From Lama guanicoe (taxonomy: Eukaryota): a DNA stretch of 62,000 bases. The notes below the pieces were generated by a model. That model saw only the letters and a program-made list of their open reading frames with translations, was not told where the DNA came from and made no database searches. The stretch is taken from NCBI GenBank assembly GCA_013239625.1, contig MU054391.1:186001-248000 (forward strand), written 5' to 3'. Below are positions 1 to 12,927 of the stretch, one piece after another (positions within the stretch are counted from its first letter, which is position 1; every line of letters begins with the position of its first letter). The position numbers and the translations under genes were made by a program.

Positions 1-89
1 CTTTTAGGGATCTCTTTGCTTTCTATTCACATCATTCATATTGTTTATTGGAAAAAACAACATTCATTGTGTAAGAACAGTGTGTATTT

Positions 90-1290
90 CCTGAGTCTAT
101 TTTTAGTGTGTTCTTTTTATGTATTTATCAGTTGCTGTATCATTGTAATACTTTTACAGTTATTACAACTTTTAAAGACACTTTAATATTATTTGTACAA
201 GTATCACCTTATTGCACTTATATGTTTTAAAATTAGTTTTTCCTCTGTTTCTATAAATAAATTTCACTTGTTCTGTCAGATTATATGGGGAGAATGAATG
301 TCTTTATAATATTTTGTTTTTATTCACACTCTAACTGTTCACTTACCCAGATCTTTTTAGAGTCTTCCCGGTGGGAGGTGACAGATCGTGTGCACAGGTC
401 CTCACATTTGAAGGTGTGCGTTCCTATGTGTTTTGTACTTTTTGTTGCTATTATAAAAGGAGTCTTTTTCATTATTTTTTCTAATGCCACTGCAGAGATT
501 TCCCACATTTATTTGTGTCTGACCACCTTATTTCTTACTGAGTTCGCCAGGCGCCTTTGGACTTTGCCTGTTAACAGTCATGATCTACAAACAACACTGG
601 TTTGGCCCCCATGTCCACACACTGTCTCTTATTTCTTCCTTTGGTTTTATTTCATTAGGGGGCCTGTCCAAGACAAGGGAATCAGGGGCAAGTGGTCAAT
701 TAATGTCTTTGGATTTAGACAGACTCGGCTTCCTCATCGGTCCTGCATTCACTGCTGGGAGACTCTCCCCTGGGCCTCCATGCATCCTCATGAAACAACG
801 CTGCCTCATGGGTTGATGTAAAGACTGGGGATAATCTTGTCATTTTCCTGGCCAGGGGACCAGCGCGTTGGAAGTGTGCATCTTTTTGTACTTGCTGTTT
901 ATGTTGAAGGTGGTGGTGATGTGGGCACATGTGCTTGCACTTGACTTGCTCATTTTTAAGAATGAATTTCTTGTATCAGCCTGACATTGACATTTTTGAT
1001 GATGTTTTGTAATTAAGCCCAATTTTTATATAAAAGGAGATTTTTCCCATAAATAGATGTTGGATTTGATTATAAGATAGCTTTATTATCTATAAAAATG
1101 CTAGTTTTTCTTTCAGCAGTGATGTGATGAATTATGATAATGCATGTGTTAACATTAAACCATGCTTGCAGTTTTGATGTGAATGTTACTTGGTCAGAAT
1201 GTACGGTTATGTTAAAACGCCTATTATTAAATGTGTAAATGCGTTATATACAGGGCTTATGTCTCTAAACTGGAAAATATCCCCGATAGC
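90..1290 (-). mobile_element. Highly diverged ancient LINE-1 (L1M-type) ORF2 fragments, interrupted
   Basis: Segments ~420-700 (ttcctatgtgttttgtactttttgttgctattataaaagg...acagtcatgatctacaaac) and ~1050-1230 (gatgttggatttg...gatgtgatgaattatg...aaaccatgcttgca...acttggtcag) follow the antisense L1 ORF2 consensus in the expected order. Recognised by eye; boundaries approximate. Confidence 0.6.
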
Positions 1291-1534
1291 TGTGCTCTCA
1301 ATGTTGTGATTTTGTTTTATTTTATTGAACACTCTCATAAAATGATTGTTTTATTGCTTATTTTTAAAGAATTAGCATTTGAATTATATTGTTTATATTA
1401 TTTTCCTATATTCTAATTCCCTATTTTTATTTTTATTTTTTCTGACCATTATCCTTATTTTATTAATTGCATGCTTGCTCTGTTTCCAGTTTTAAATGTT
1501 GGTGATAAAACACTATTGACCAGCACTTTAGGTG

Positions 1535-1710
1535 CTATTTATTGACTGTATAATTTATTGGCCGGTCATTGTCATCAGAATCACTTGAGCCCGTGTTCCT
1601 CCAACTGTCAAATTAAATTTGTTGATTTCCCAGCACTCTGTCTTTCAAAGCAGGGATCATTCATTTTATGGTGTATTATTTTAGTCTACTCGGCCTGCCA
1701 TAAAAAACAG
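1535..1710. promoter_or_regulatory. Candidate developmental enhancer: posterior HOX/CDX, MEIS and TCF motif cluster
   Basis: TTTATTG 1538-1544, TTTATTGG 1554-1561, TGTCA 1570-1574, CTGTCA 1605-1610, TTCAAAG 1644-1650, TTTTATGG 1664-1671 and CCATAAAA 1698-1705, in sequence not recognised as repeat. Function is inferred from motifs only. Confidence 0.4.
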
Positions 1711-3484
1711 CACAGACCTGGTGCTGAAAAGCAGAAACGTAATTTCTCTCAGTGCTGGGGATGGAAGTTGCAGGCTGGCTTCTGGCGGTGCCTGTCTGCC
1801 TGGCTCGGGGACACGGCCACCCTTCCGTGAGCACCAGCATCTTGTGTTCTTCCCACGGGGGGGCCGGTCCTTGGGGCCCTTTGAACCACGATCACCTCCT
1901 GAGAGGCCCGGTCTGCACACACGGTCACGGCGGGTTACAGCTTCCGCCTGCGGACCTGGGGGGCACAGTTCCCGCCAGGACACGCCTCACAGTCTGAGTC
2001 TGCGGCTACAACGTGTCTTGGACGTCTGGGCCTGTTCTGTACAGATGTCTTGGACACACCCCCATTTAGGTAGCTCAGCACGCACTGGTGACCTTGCCGT
2101 GTCAGGGCTTTTCTGTTCTCAGTGCCACGTCGCGCTGGATTGCAGTCACTCCTCGAGGGAAGTCCGTGGGTGGGGTCACTCTGAACTCTGCTATCTGTGC
2201 TTATTTTATGAAACACACCCTTGTGGTTAAAATTTGAGGGGAGACCCTCAAATACTGGTGGCCTTCATCCATTATATTTTGACATTTCATGTTAGAGAGG
2301 AAATGATGTTTCATTTGCCAAGATGGCCATCCCCCCTGTGCCCTGGTGCTGAGAGAACCTCGGTTTTTACTTTATTCTTGTCCACACCGCTCTGTCACTG
2401 TTGATTTTTTTTTTGAGCTAGAATGACTGCATACACTGCTTTTCAGCTCAGAAAAGTGTCCTGTGTTTTTCTTTTCTATTGTTTTTGCATGTTCCTGGCA
2501 GCTTTCTTTATATCATTATGATCCTTATAAAAATCCTCAATTTTCTGTCCTCCACAAATATCCATTTCATTCCCATGACTTTCTCCCATTTCCTTTATGT
2601 TCTAGAGCAGTTCTCAGTTCCCTTCACGTCCCAGAGCATGTATCTAGCTGATGGTCACTGAACTCCCGCTTGCAAGTCCCTGCAGACATCATGACCGAGA
2701 CCCGCCTCTGCCTCTTCAGAGCCTCACTGACGACCGCAGTGCCCCGCTCCACCCTCAGCCTCAGCAGCCGCTTCCCCACCTGGAGCTTCCCTGAGATCCC
2801 TGCCTCCGAAGGGTCCAAGAAGATGGGTGGGGAGCAGGCAGCGCTGCAAACACTGCGGAGTGGTGGGCAGCACAACTCTGGGTGCGACTGTGTCTGCACC
2901 CCGGACTCGAGGGGCGATCTGGTGAGAGCTCCTTGGGGAGGGGTCCTCAGTGTACGATGCTAAGCCTGGGCATGTTCTCTTTGCTCTGTCTCCCCCCTGT
3001 GTGAAGAGGGAAGAGCCTCTTCCATCAGGCTGACGCCATGGTCAGTCTCAGCATGTTATCTCTTCATTAGTGGCTTCATGGGAAGAGGCGGAGACACCAG
3101 GGCACTGGAGAGGTGCCGTGGCTGCATTAGATCACTCCTCAAACTCCCAATCCTGCCTCTCCCCACGTGTCTGTCCACAAACTTTCTAACTTGCTTGGGA
3201 AACTGGAGGAGGAAGAGGTAATTAGATTCTGCCAAAAATTTTATTTATATTTAGGACAACATGTTGGTATGTGATTATTTGCCAAATATCAATTTATATA
3301 ACTGAACTTAAACCCTTAAGATATTTTAGTGTATAAAAACTTTAGAGTGTAGGAACAGGACTTTTAAAATTTTTAAGTAAACATTTTCACTAAATTTCAT
3401 TGAAATTTTAGAAATAGAGAATTTTAAGTTTATTTTATAATCTAGGAAGTTCACAGGAATTTCCAGATTATGTGAATAATTTTA

Positions 3485-3530
3485 ACTAGCTGTGTGACAT
3501 TTGATAAATATATTAACCTCTCTGGACATC
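3485..3530 (+). mobile_element. MIR SINE core fragment
   Basis: actagctgtgtgacatttgataaatatattaacctctctgg resembles the MIR core actagctgtgtgaccttgggcaagttacttaacctctctg. Confidence 0.5.
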
Positions 3531-3741
3531 TAATTAGATCTCAGACACAGGCTGCTGTGATCGATTTATTCCGTTCCCTGGGAGACAGGTCCTGGAGCCA
3601 TTTCACTAACAATCTGTGCCAGTGAATGGTCTTTTTACTGTTCCTGTGGGAGCATTATGCTCACTTTGTGGGTCTGTGGGAGAGCAAATGAGGGGCTTCT
3701 GTCCAGCGCTGTTGGTCCTGTGGTCATTGCCTGTTCACTAG

Positions 3742-3932
3742 GGATTCCCACCCCATCCAGGGACTATTTGGCACTGACTAGGGACATTTTGGTTGTCACA
3801 TGGGGGGGGGGACACTGGCATTTAATGGGCGGAGGGCAGGGAAGGGGCTGACATCCTACAGTGCACAGAACAGCCCCACGGTGAAGAACCATCCAGTCCG
3901 AAATGTCAGCAGGGCCGAGGTCGAGGAAACAC
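3742..3932. mobile_element. MER20 (hAT-Charlie non-autonomous DNA transposon), near full length
   Basis: Colinear with the MER20 consensus: ccaggga..atttggca..gacattttggttgtcaca..actggcatt..acatcctacagtgcacag.acagcccc..aaatgtcagcagggccgaggtcgaggaaac. Confidence 0.85.
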
Positions 3933-4884
3933 GCGGCTGACTGACGAGCTGTAATGCGGTTTTTTCTGCCTTTCATGCTTCCAGGGTCTGTTATTTCCCC
4001 GAACAACTGACGTCTTTGAATTTATCCCTGATGCAGCTACAAAGCTTCAGTCGGCCTGGAGAACATTTCAGTTTTTTAAAGTGCAGATATTTTTCGTCTA
4101 CAAATACTGAAAGTACTTATAATAAAAGTGCTTCAGTTGTTCCAAAAAATAGAGCTGTATTTGTTCCAAAATCCAAATACTGTGCTTGAAAGAGATTCTA
4201 AATCCATATGGTTCACATGGAAAGGGAGGGGAAAAGGCTCTTTCATGAATATTTGTTAGCTTGGGACATTACCAAGATCATATTTCAAATGACAACATTC
4301 CCAAGAATGTAAAAGACTAGCGTAATTAGAATCAGAAATTTGGGGCTGGAATGAGTTTCAAGGATCACCCAGCACGTGTGATGCTCAGGCAGGCTGTCCC
4401 CCGCATTCTAGAGTGCCTTTGGGGCCCCAGGACGTCAGCCTTAGCTGTCTGCAGAGGCAGGGCCCCTCGCTGGCCCGGCCTCTGGCCGCTTTGTCTGCGC
4501 TGAGCCGCCCCACCTGTCCTGTGTGAGGACAGTAAGTGGAGCAGCCTCATTTCCACCTCTTCCGCAAACAATCCACATTATCCTCTCACATCCTATCTGA
4601 GGTCAAAGGTCAAAGATCTGACTGCTGAGAAGATAGAATTTCACATCGGATTCAGCACAAATGAAGCACTAGGACTGGGCCAGGGCCCCGGCAGAGGCCC
4701 TGGTGGGGATGAGTTGAGTGGTGGTCGTGGATGCAGCCCTGGCAGGATGAACCGGAGCTGGTCAGCAATGGGGGTGGAGGTACCACTGCAGCAGCTGCCC
4801 CTGCCCCACCCTCAGCGAGCCGGCCCCCTACTCAGCACCCGCAGACTCATGGTGCTCCCGCAGGATGGGCTGATCCGTGTGTGG

Positions 4885-5026
4885 CCGGAGGAGGAAGAGA
4901 CGGATTGTCTGTTTCATGGGGACAGAGCATCAGTTTGAGAAGACAGAAAGCTCTGGAGATGGTGGTGGTGATGGCTGCACAACAGCATGGATGCCTGAAT
5001 GCCCATAAGCTGTGCACCAGAAATGG
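4885..5026 (+). mobile_element. L1MB-type LINE-1 3' UTR fragment
   Basis: gtttcatggggacagagcatcagtttgagaagacagaaagctctggagatggtggtggtgatggctgcacaacagcatg...ctgtgcaccagaaatgg matches the L1MB 3' end. Confidence 0.75.
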
Positions 5027-6034
5027 GCCAAGCCACCCTAGGTTTGTCTGGTGAGGAGCTGGGGACAAGAGTCTACAAGCTGAGGACTGAACCGTGTGAT
5101 TCCCGCTAACATCTGCTGGGAACCGCACTTTCTACAACGATGGCTGTCGCTGGACAAAAGCTAGAAAACAGTGATGCCTTTTAGCGTCAGTGCACGTGAC
5201 CACCTTAAAGGCACAGGTACTGACCTCAGATTCCAACAACCTGTGATCTGGGAATTTATTAGTCTAGACGGTGATTTAGCAAATCAATTTCTAACTTGCT
5301 TAAGTTGGTAATTCTGCTTTAAGATTTCATTTTTCCTTCTTCAGGGAGTAAAGAAAGAAACTTTTATGATGACTGAGCTGCTAAACATCTTCTTTCTACC
5401 GGATCATATCTTTGCCACCACCTCCCATCCAGGTTTTAAAAATGCTACTTTTCAAGCATGAAAGGATAGACATTTGGGATCAGAGAAGGTAGGCTGAGAA
5501 GCTGTTTACTCAAATTTAGAACCTATATAAGTGGTCAGGGTAGGTTTTCAACTTTGAACACTGAGAATATTAGCAATGATGTCTCAGGACCTTACGTCAG
5601 AGGCTCACTCGCCCCCAAACCATGGAACATAAAGAAGTCGTCGGGGGTGCAGGGAGGGCATGAGGTTGCAAGGTCGACGTCCCAGCCGACGCCAGAGATG
5701 GGGCCGGAGGGGCTGGACCCCAGTGTCCCGCTCCCAGGTGTTGAGACGCAGCAATGTCTCAGGAGAACACACCTGAGTAAGAGGCTGGGTGCTGGGCCGT
5801 GGCCGCGTGGCTGAAGTGGGAGATGCCACAGTTACAGATCAGTTTATTTATCCTGTTGTTTCTTTCGTGCTTTGGAGCCCTCTTCTAACCTGAGGTGCTG
5901 TGTCCACGGTGTCTGCTGGATGAAGCCATCTGGCCTGGAGAAGAGGTTAAACTCCCAGAGGGTCCCCGGTCCCCGGTGGTGGGGCCTGAACACGGCATTT
6001 CAGGAAGGCCCCAGCCCCCCAGACCTGGCTGTGG

Positions 6035-6155
6035 CTTGACGTTTATTAGCTCCATCAATTTATTAGCCGTTGCGGCAAACATCCTCCTGAGCCCTGATCA
6101 ATGAGATTACAATCTTAATTAATCAAGAGACAGGCCACAAATGGACAGTGAGGCT
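6035..6155. promoter_or_regulatory. Candidate enhancer rich in homeodomain and PBX-HOX motifs
   Basis: TTTATTAGC twice, TGATCAAT 6095-6102, TTAATTAA 6115-6122 and ATTAATCA 6118-6125 (TGATTAAT on the minus strand), in an AT-rich patch within GC-rich flanks. Confidence 0.35.
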
Positions 6156-6589
6156 CCTGGGCTGACCAAGGGGGAGAGAGTGAAACGAGGGCATCTTGCT
6201 CAGCCTGTCATGTCACCCCAAGGGGTCTGAGAAGACCTGGAAGTCTTGAGAGTCCTGTGGGGCCCCCGGCAGCAGAGGTGAGAGGCTGGCTGGGCCTCTA
6301 CCTCTGCAGGTGGGGGTCCAGGCCGAGAGCGGCTCAGCTGGGCCCCTCCGTCTGCCCGGGGCTCTCTGTGTGGTTGCTGGTTCACATCTGCTGTGTCAGG
6401 AAAGTGGGTCTGTTCCAACTTCGCAAGTCCCTCGTACAAGGCGCCAGTGCACTGGTCTCCGGTGTCCGGCTCCACCACACTTATGTCTGAGGAGGTGAGA
6501 ACTATACAGAGGTCACGGCAGGTGAAGGACACGTGTGGCATTTTGAGTAGCATCTGAAGTGTGGCGTCTGGGGCGCCACGGGTGTGACA

Positions 6590-6935
6590 GCATGCAGTGC
6601 ACCAGGTAAGAAACACACCAGGCCTGGGTCTGCTCAGAGGTGGAGCCAACCTGAGTCCCTGCCAGGTTGGATCTGGAGCGTGAGACACAGCAGGGAAGAG
6701 AATGACCCCCAGGTGTCTGGCCTGAGCCACCGGAGGTGGAGTTGCCATGGCCCAGACCAGGAAGAGCTGCGGGCAGGCTGTGGGGCAGCAGGTGACGGGG
6801 AGACAGGACGGTGCTTGGGGATGTGGTGGCCTCGGTGCCTGCGGACCCTTCAGAGGAGGCTGAAAGCAGGCAGCTGGATGCTTGAGTCCAGAGTCCCGGG
6901 CAGCAGCGCGCCCGTGTGGGCACTGTCAAAGCTGG
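6590..6935 (-). mobile_element. LINE-2 (L2) fragment
   Basis: gaatgacccccaggtgtctggcctgagccaccggaggtggagttgccat and gcaggcagctggatgcttgagtccagagt match antisense L2 3'-region blocks in the correct order. Confidence 0.65.
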
Positions 6936-7989
6936 ACAGTCCTCCAAGCTGGGCTGCATGTGGTCCCCTGTCTCATTTCATCCAAGGGAAAAAAGACAGG
7001 AGGCACCCAACTCAGGCCAAGTTCTATCTCGATTTAAACTGAAATAGCAGAGACTGCGTCAGGGCTCCCACGCACGTTAGCCCAGCTCACACGAGGGGGG
7101 CACGTGTTTACAGCTGGGTGTCTCGTCCCCAGCGAATGAGGAAGGGCACGCTGGCCTGGCTGCCCCCTTTCTACGTGGCCGCGAAGGGATCTGCAGACGT
7201 CAGTTCTGTTATTTTCTTCTCTCCCCCCACCCGTGTCTCCCTGCTGAGTAAACACTGGTGTTGCTTTTTGCTGAGGAACAGGAGTAACCGCCTTAGTCCT
7301 GACAAGAGGAGGGTGGCAGGTCTGCAGATGCTCTGCGACCTCGTCCAGGGGGCTCTGGCCCCTCCCTGGCTCGACCACGTCCAGGCCTCCACCAGCAGGC
7401 TGTCCAGCTGCTCCTCAGGCCTGGCAGTGCCTTTGGGGGTGTATGCGGCTCACGGAAGTCATGCGCTTGGCCCTCTAAAAAGTAAGCTGACAGTTCTTAC
7501 AGATCAGGAGAGTTTACACTGAAAGCTACATATCAGCATTTTCTCTGAAAACAGGGAGGTCAGGCTGCGCCAGGCCCTCCAGGCTCCACTGGTCCCTGGG
7601 CGTGCGGGGGAGCCCCTGGACTTCAGCCACACTCTGCCTGCCCGGGGGGATGTTGAGTCTGCAAACCACAGTCCTGGTGACGCACACGAGGTGTCCAGAC
7701 CCGGGGTCCACGCACTTCCATCCTCGGAGAGAGCAGATGCATTTCGGGTCATTCACATGTGACTCCCCAGGTTAAGATTTCGTTTTTCCTTCCGATTCAT
7801 CACCGACCCCTGTGGGAGGTGACGGAGGGGGGCAGCCGGCAGAGGGGGGAGAGGCCCAGCGCCCGGCACCCGCCCTCGGAGCCCCTCCACAGCCCTTACC
7901 TGGCCGTCTGCTTCAAGGGTGCCAGAAATGAAACACAGGGTGAAGTGACAAACAAAAGGCGAGTTAAAGGTAGAGAATAAAGTGTCTTA

Positions 7990-8232
7990 AAAAGTATAAA
8001 ATTCATCAAAAGATTAAATATACAAGGGGATAAATTACTAAAATGAATTTATTAATATATACTTCAAAAATAAAAATAGGAATTCATAGTAACTTGAAAA
8101 GCAGTTATTTAGTAATTAAAATAAACAATGTAAAATATGAAAACGGAAAGAAATAAAAATAATAGGAATTTTATTTAACAATAAAAGTGCTAAGCTAATG
8201 TTGAAGACACAAACTTCACTATTATAAAATTC
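7990..8232 (+). mobile_element. Degenerate ancient L1 ORF2 fragment (A-rich)
   Basis: A-rich block whose motifs (aagattaaatatacaa...aaataataggaattttatttaacaataaaagtgctaag) loosely follow the L1 ORF2 post-RT region. Confidence 0.45.
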
Positions 8233-11200
8233 ATGTTTTTCATCAGAAATGGCCACACGCCCCGCTTCCATGGTTCGTGTGCCACGGCAGCTCCGAGGGT
8301 GCTTGGCACCAGCAGGAGGAACGTCCGTGCCGGGTCTCTCCCCAGAACGACCCGAATCCTCCGGCTGTCTGACTGGGGACCTAGGCCCGAGGGGCGCTGG
8401 GAAGTCACGCCCCCCCACGTGGAGAAAGGCTTCCCTCGTCCACTCCGCGGCCCCCCCAGGCAGACTCCCGACTGCCAGCCCCTCCCCGGTCGCCAGCACG
8501 GGGCTCCTGGGTCCGGTCTCCAGGCCCAGATGACCTGGACTTGTTCTTCAGGAACCTCGGGGTAGGGCGTCTGCAAGGCTTACACGTCCCTCTTCCTGAC
8601 AGTGACCGGCTCACAGCGTAATGTGGACGCGCTGTCGCTGAAATGCCCACTCCCCATTAAAGGCGTCGATCAGGTCAGGGTTCGGCCACAATGACAGAAA
8701 CCCAAACCACCAAGGGTTACTCCCTTGCAGAGAAGAGCGAGGACAGCCGGGGCACCGTGTGGGGTGCCAGGGCCCGGGCTGTTTCAGCTTCCTGGGCACC
8801 GTTCTCACCCTTGGGTCCCATCCTCAAGGTCACAAGCAGGCTGCTGGAGCTTTAGCCACTGCGCCTGCTTCCAGTCGGCGGGGGTGGGGGGGTGGGGGCG
8901 CCAATGGGCTTTATTCAGCTCCCGTTGCCTGGAGAAGCCTGCCTGGAGTTGCCTCCCATAAGCTTCCATCCCAGACCTCACTGGCCTGAGGCCAGTGTAG
9001 TAGCCCCCTTGGGCTGAGCCGACTGCTATTCCCAGCAACACAGGCAGTTGCTTAAGAAGAGAAAAGGGAGCCTGGCCGTGGGGTGGCCGAGCAGCAGTCA
9101 CTGCCGCAGGGGTTATTTCCTTCCCAGAAATCCCCCCGCGTGCGCCGTCCGTGCCACTGAGCCCACCCGCTCCTCCGTGTCTAAGTGCTGTCTCCTCCCT
9201 GAGGGTCCTTAGGGTCCCGGTTACAGACACAGCTTGAGGTACGGATTTCCAGAAGGGCCCCCTTCACACCGCGGTCAAGTTCATTTTCGTCCTGGTACCA
9301 CCGGGCAGCCAGAGGGTTTGATTGTGGGCAGCTGGTCAGTGCAGGCTTTGATGAGCATGTCACCAACCTGGGTAATTTCAGCTTCGTATTTAATCTACTG
9401 AATGCAATATAATCAATTGCAACTTTTTAAAATTGAGATGAAACTTAGGGACAAAAAATGGTTATTTTTTACATATCAGATTAATACTTAGATGAACATT
9501 GCTTTACAGATACAGAAGGCACATGAACAATGACGACAAAAACTACGTGTTAAAATATTATTCCTAAGCCTCTCAGCTTTGGAGCGTTCTAAAAAATGTC
9601 TCTGTTGACTCTGTTCAAAGCAGGCGTGAACGGGGGCCGCGGACGCACTGCGTTAGCTGTGCTCCTCTGCGTGGGCATCGTGGCCTCATGGGGACGCCTC
9701 TCAGGATCCTTGTCCCACTCAGAGGAGCCGCCATTTCCTGAGATTTCAGACGGTTTGTGGGAAAACGGTTACCTTTGCAAAGGCCACAAGCTGGTGGGCT
9801 ATGTGGGTTCAGGCTTGACTCTGATGCTCAGTGCAAATTGTCTTCCTCTGCGGGTGAGCCCCGTGGGAAGAACGCAGGTCGCACGTAATTCCCGACTGTG
9901 ATGCTGGACGACTCTCTGCTTTCACGGTGTTCTGGGCAGCTGGTGGCCGGGAGGAGGGTGGGTGACTTGGAGGGCCCGAGACTGGGCTGGGGGCCCCTGG
10001 GCTTTCTAGCTGGAGAAACACTTGATGAGGGTTTCGCTCCCTTGAAGATAAGCCTGGAGTGACCCGGAGTGACCAGAGATGGCTTCTCCAAGCCAGGGTG
10101 GAACTTACTGACTCCTGGGCCGGGTGCGGGACGCAGACGGCTTTCAGCCTGAGCTACTTGGATGCACGTGTGTGGCGTTAGGTTTGATGTTTCTGACGGC
10201 TAGCTTACTGGTTTTATTCCTAATTTCCGGTAGGAACACTGCTTGAATGTCTGGCAAAGCCATCAGGACCGTACCCCCCGCCCCCCTGTGAGTTATTCTT
10301 ATTTTCCTGGTGCTTTAGGGCCACTACCAACTAAACTAAACAGCTGCGCTGAAAGAATTAACCCCAAAGACCACGCCAACAACTGAAGCGGGGCGTTTGT
10401 TTCACAGGAACGCAGAGACGTGGGGTGGGCTCAGAAAGGACCTCGGGGGGAGGGAGGAAGACCCAGAGAGCGTGGGACGCGCCAGGCCCACCGCTGACGG
10501 GGGCTGCTTGGCCTCCGCCACCGCCCCTCAAGGGCGGGAAGACACGCGCCATCTTCTGAGAGAGGAGCACACGGGCAGGCGTGTTGACAGGAGGCTGGGT
10601 CCCGCTTCCACCTCAGTGCTCTCCGACCCAGCAGAAGCAGGTGAAGGCCGCTGGGCCTGCAGGCCGGCAGCATCAGCGAGGGGACAGCAGACAAGCGATG
10701 CCGATGGAAGTCGGGGTTGGAGGACGAGTGGGGTCTGAGAAGGGCTGGAGCCAAGTGACCGCAAAGTGGTCGTTTCCCTGGGGTCTGGAGACGCCAAGAA
10801 GCTGTGAGGCAGGGAAGCCAGGTGGAGAAAGAGAGTCTGTGTGAGTGGGGGCTGGACCGTTAGGGCGTCCTCTCCCCAGATCCCAGGGCCAGGGAACCAC
10901 CTCCTCCCTCCCAGGGGAGCCTGGAGGGCTCTGTGGGCCTGGAGACAGGGCAGGTGTGGCGGGAGCACCTGTGGGCCTTCCTTCCTTCCTCCTCGTCGTT
11001 GTTCCAAGAGTGCCTGTCGCTCGGCTCCCGACACAGAGGCAGGAGGTAGGAGGATCGCCCTCGGAAGAAAACCCCAGTGCAGGCTGGAACAGACGCCCCA
11101 ACGGCGGGACAGCTCAGCTCAGGACCCTGCCCCTCCCGACCCGCAGGGGATCCCACCAGCTCACGAGCTGCCCATTCCGTTTCCAACCAGCTTTCCTGAC

Positions 11201-11549
11201 AAATAAGAACAGTTTCCCAAAGGAGACGGAAAGCTGCATGATAAAGACCAAGCGGACGACTGAGAACAACACACACACAGAAAAAGAAAGAGGATGAAGT
11301 CTGAAGAGAAGACAGAGGTGCCACCCGTCCCGAGGCTGGGGAGGCCCGGTCCCCGTGGAGGCTGGGATACTCATCCTCAGGGTCCGTGAACATTACCTGT
11401 GGGTGTTGGTTCTGCCGGCAGGTTAGCCCGTGTGCTTGCGGGTGGATTTGCGAGGACTCGAAGCCCATTCCAGCATCACCACGGTCTTTCCAGAGCCCTC
11501 AGGCCAAGACTGTAAGCAGTGTCCTCAGGGAGACGAGACACTGACTTCA

Positions 11550-11720
11550 AAAGGAGAAAACGACGCTGTAAAAGGAGAAACGTCTAGAGAAGAGCTTCAA
11601 GCCTTAAAACAAAGAAGCTAGCAGAAGTAAAAAGTAGTAATAGAGGGATGGGAGCAAATTGAAGGAATTTTCCAGAAAGTAGAAAAAAGCGTAAGGACAG
11701 AAAATTAGTGGAAAGAAGTG
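11550..11720 (+). mobile_element. Degenerate HAL1/old L1 ORF1 coiled-coil region fragment
   Basis: gaagagcttcaagccttaaaa...agcagaagtaaaaagtagtaatagagggatgggag...gaaggaattttccagaaagtagaaaaaag resembles old L1/HAL1 ORF1. Confidence 0.45.
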
Positions 11721-11734
11721 TGACCCTTCGAGGG

Positions 11735-11866
11735 CTCTGTTGACTGAATGTGTGTGTCCCCTCCAGGCTCACGCTGGAACCCTAGCCCCCAGGGTGGCCG
11801 TGGTAGGAGGTGGGGCCTCTGAGAGGCGACCTGGTCAGGAGGGCGGCCTGGTGAGGGTAGGGCCCA
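11735..11866 (+). mobile_element. MLT1A-like MaLR LTR, 5' part
   Basis: tgttgactgaatgtgtgtgtcccctcc...ccctagcccccag.gtgg..gt..taggaggtggggcctctgagagg matches the MLT1A/A0 start. Confidence 0.7.
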
Positions 11867-12907
11867 GATTCTGCTTCTGCTGCGTTTGGGCATCTGCAAC
11901 CCAGCAAGAGGGTCCCCGCCGGGTGTGGGTCGGATCTTACCCTCACCTGGTTGTCTGCCCCCTCTCCAGCATCCATTTGTCCTCAGACTGGCCAACCTGG
12001 GACAAGGCTTCCCTTCCTCCAAGAAGCAGCCAGCCTCTTGCTGCCTTCTTTAGAGGCCAACTGCCCCGAACGCTGCTCGGAACCACAGGCCCGAGCGGCT
12101 CAGAATTCCGAGGTCTAGGTAACAAACTTCCCTAAGTGTTGCTGAAGGCTAGTCCCTCCCGGGAACGCAGTGTGTTTGCCTAGTGAGACGCAACTCTCTC
12201 TTCAGCCATCTGGATTCTGGCTGAGGCGCTGGCTTCGACTGTAAGCTTCAGAGCAAAGGGAATAAGAGAACAAGGTGTTTTTCCTCTAGAAGCCGGTGGT
12301 CTCGCTTTGCTGGGTCAGCGGGCTCAGCTGGCTCTCCTCAGCTGCTGTGCTTGCTTCGTGGATTCCCTGTGGGTGGACGGGAAGGCCGTTTACCAGAGCA
12401 GTCACGTTTGGAAAGTAGAGTTGCTACAGAAAGTGGAAAGATACCATGTTTGTACTGGACTGCTTAGATGAGCTGATTCTGAGATTTTTCAAAGTGACAG
12501 CCTACCTGACATGTGTTCTCTCTGAGCATTAATTACTGTTTTCACACAGATATCTATTCTGCTCAATGTGTTTTGAGATTTGATTTAATTATAAAACCCA
12601 AATTGTGTGTTTTTCACGTGATAAAGGACCACACACTCACTGGGGCTTAAGAAGAATCAGTTTACTGTGGATTCCATCCAACATGATGAAGTTCTCTCTT
12701 CCAAGAATATAGTTTTGAAAGATGAGTTAAGTTTACTAGTGCTGTTTTGGCTGACATTTCTTTAAGTGAGAGGGCGCTCATAATTTCCTCAGACCAAGCA
12801 AATTTTATTAAGTCCAATTGTTTTTAGGTAAATCTATGGCATCTCTTCAATTTGTTGTTTGTCCTAAAATCTTGGAGTTCTGAAGTTTTGTCTTCCTTTT
12901 TAAAACT

Positions 12908-12927
12908 TCTCTCTCCCTCTCTCTCTC
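12908..12927. repeat. Short imperfect (CT)n microsatellite
   Basis: tctctctccctctctctctc read directly. Confidence 0.7.

Noticed and set aside
8879..8900. G-quadruplex-like G-runs (also ~20130 and C-runs ~37790-37845)
   Set aside because: Common in GC-rich mammalian DNA; no context indicating function.
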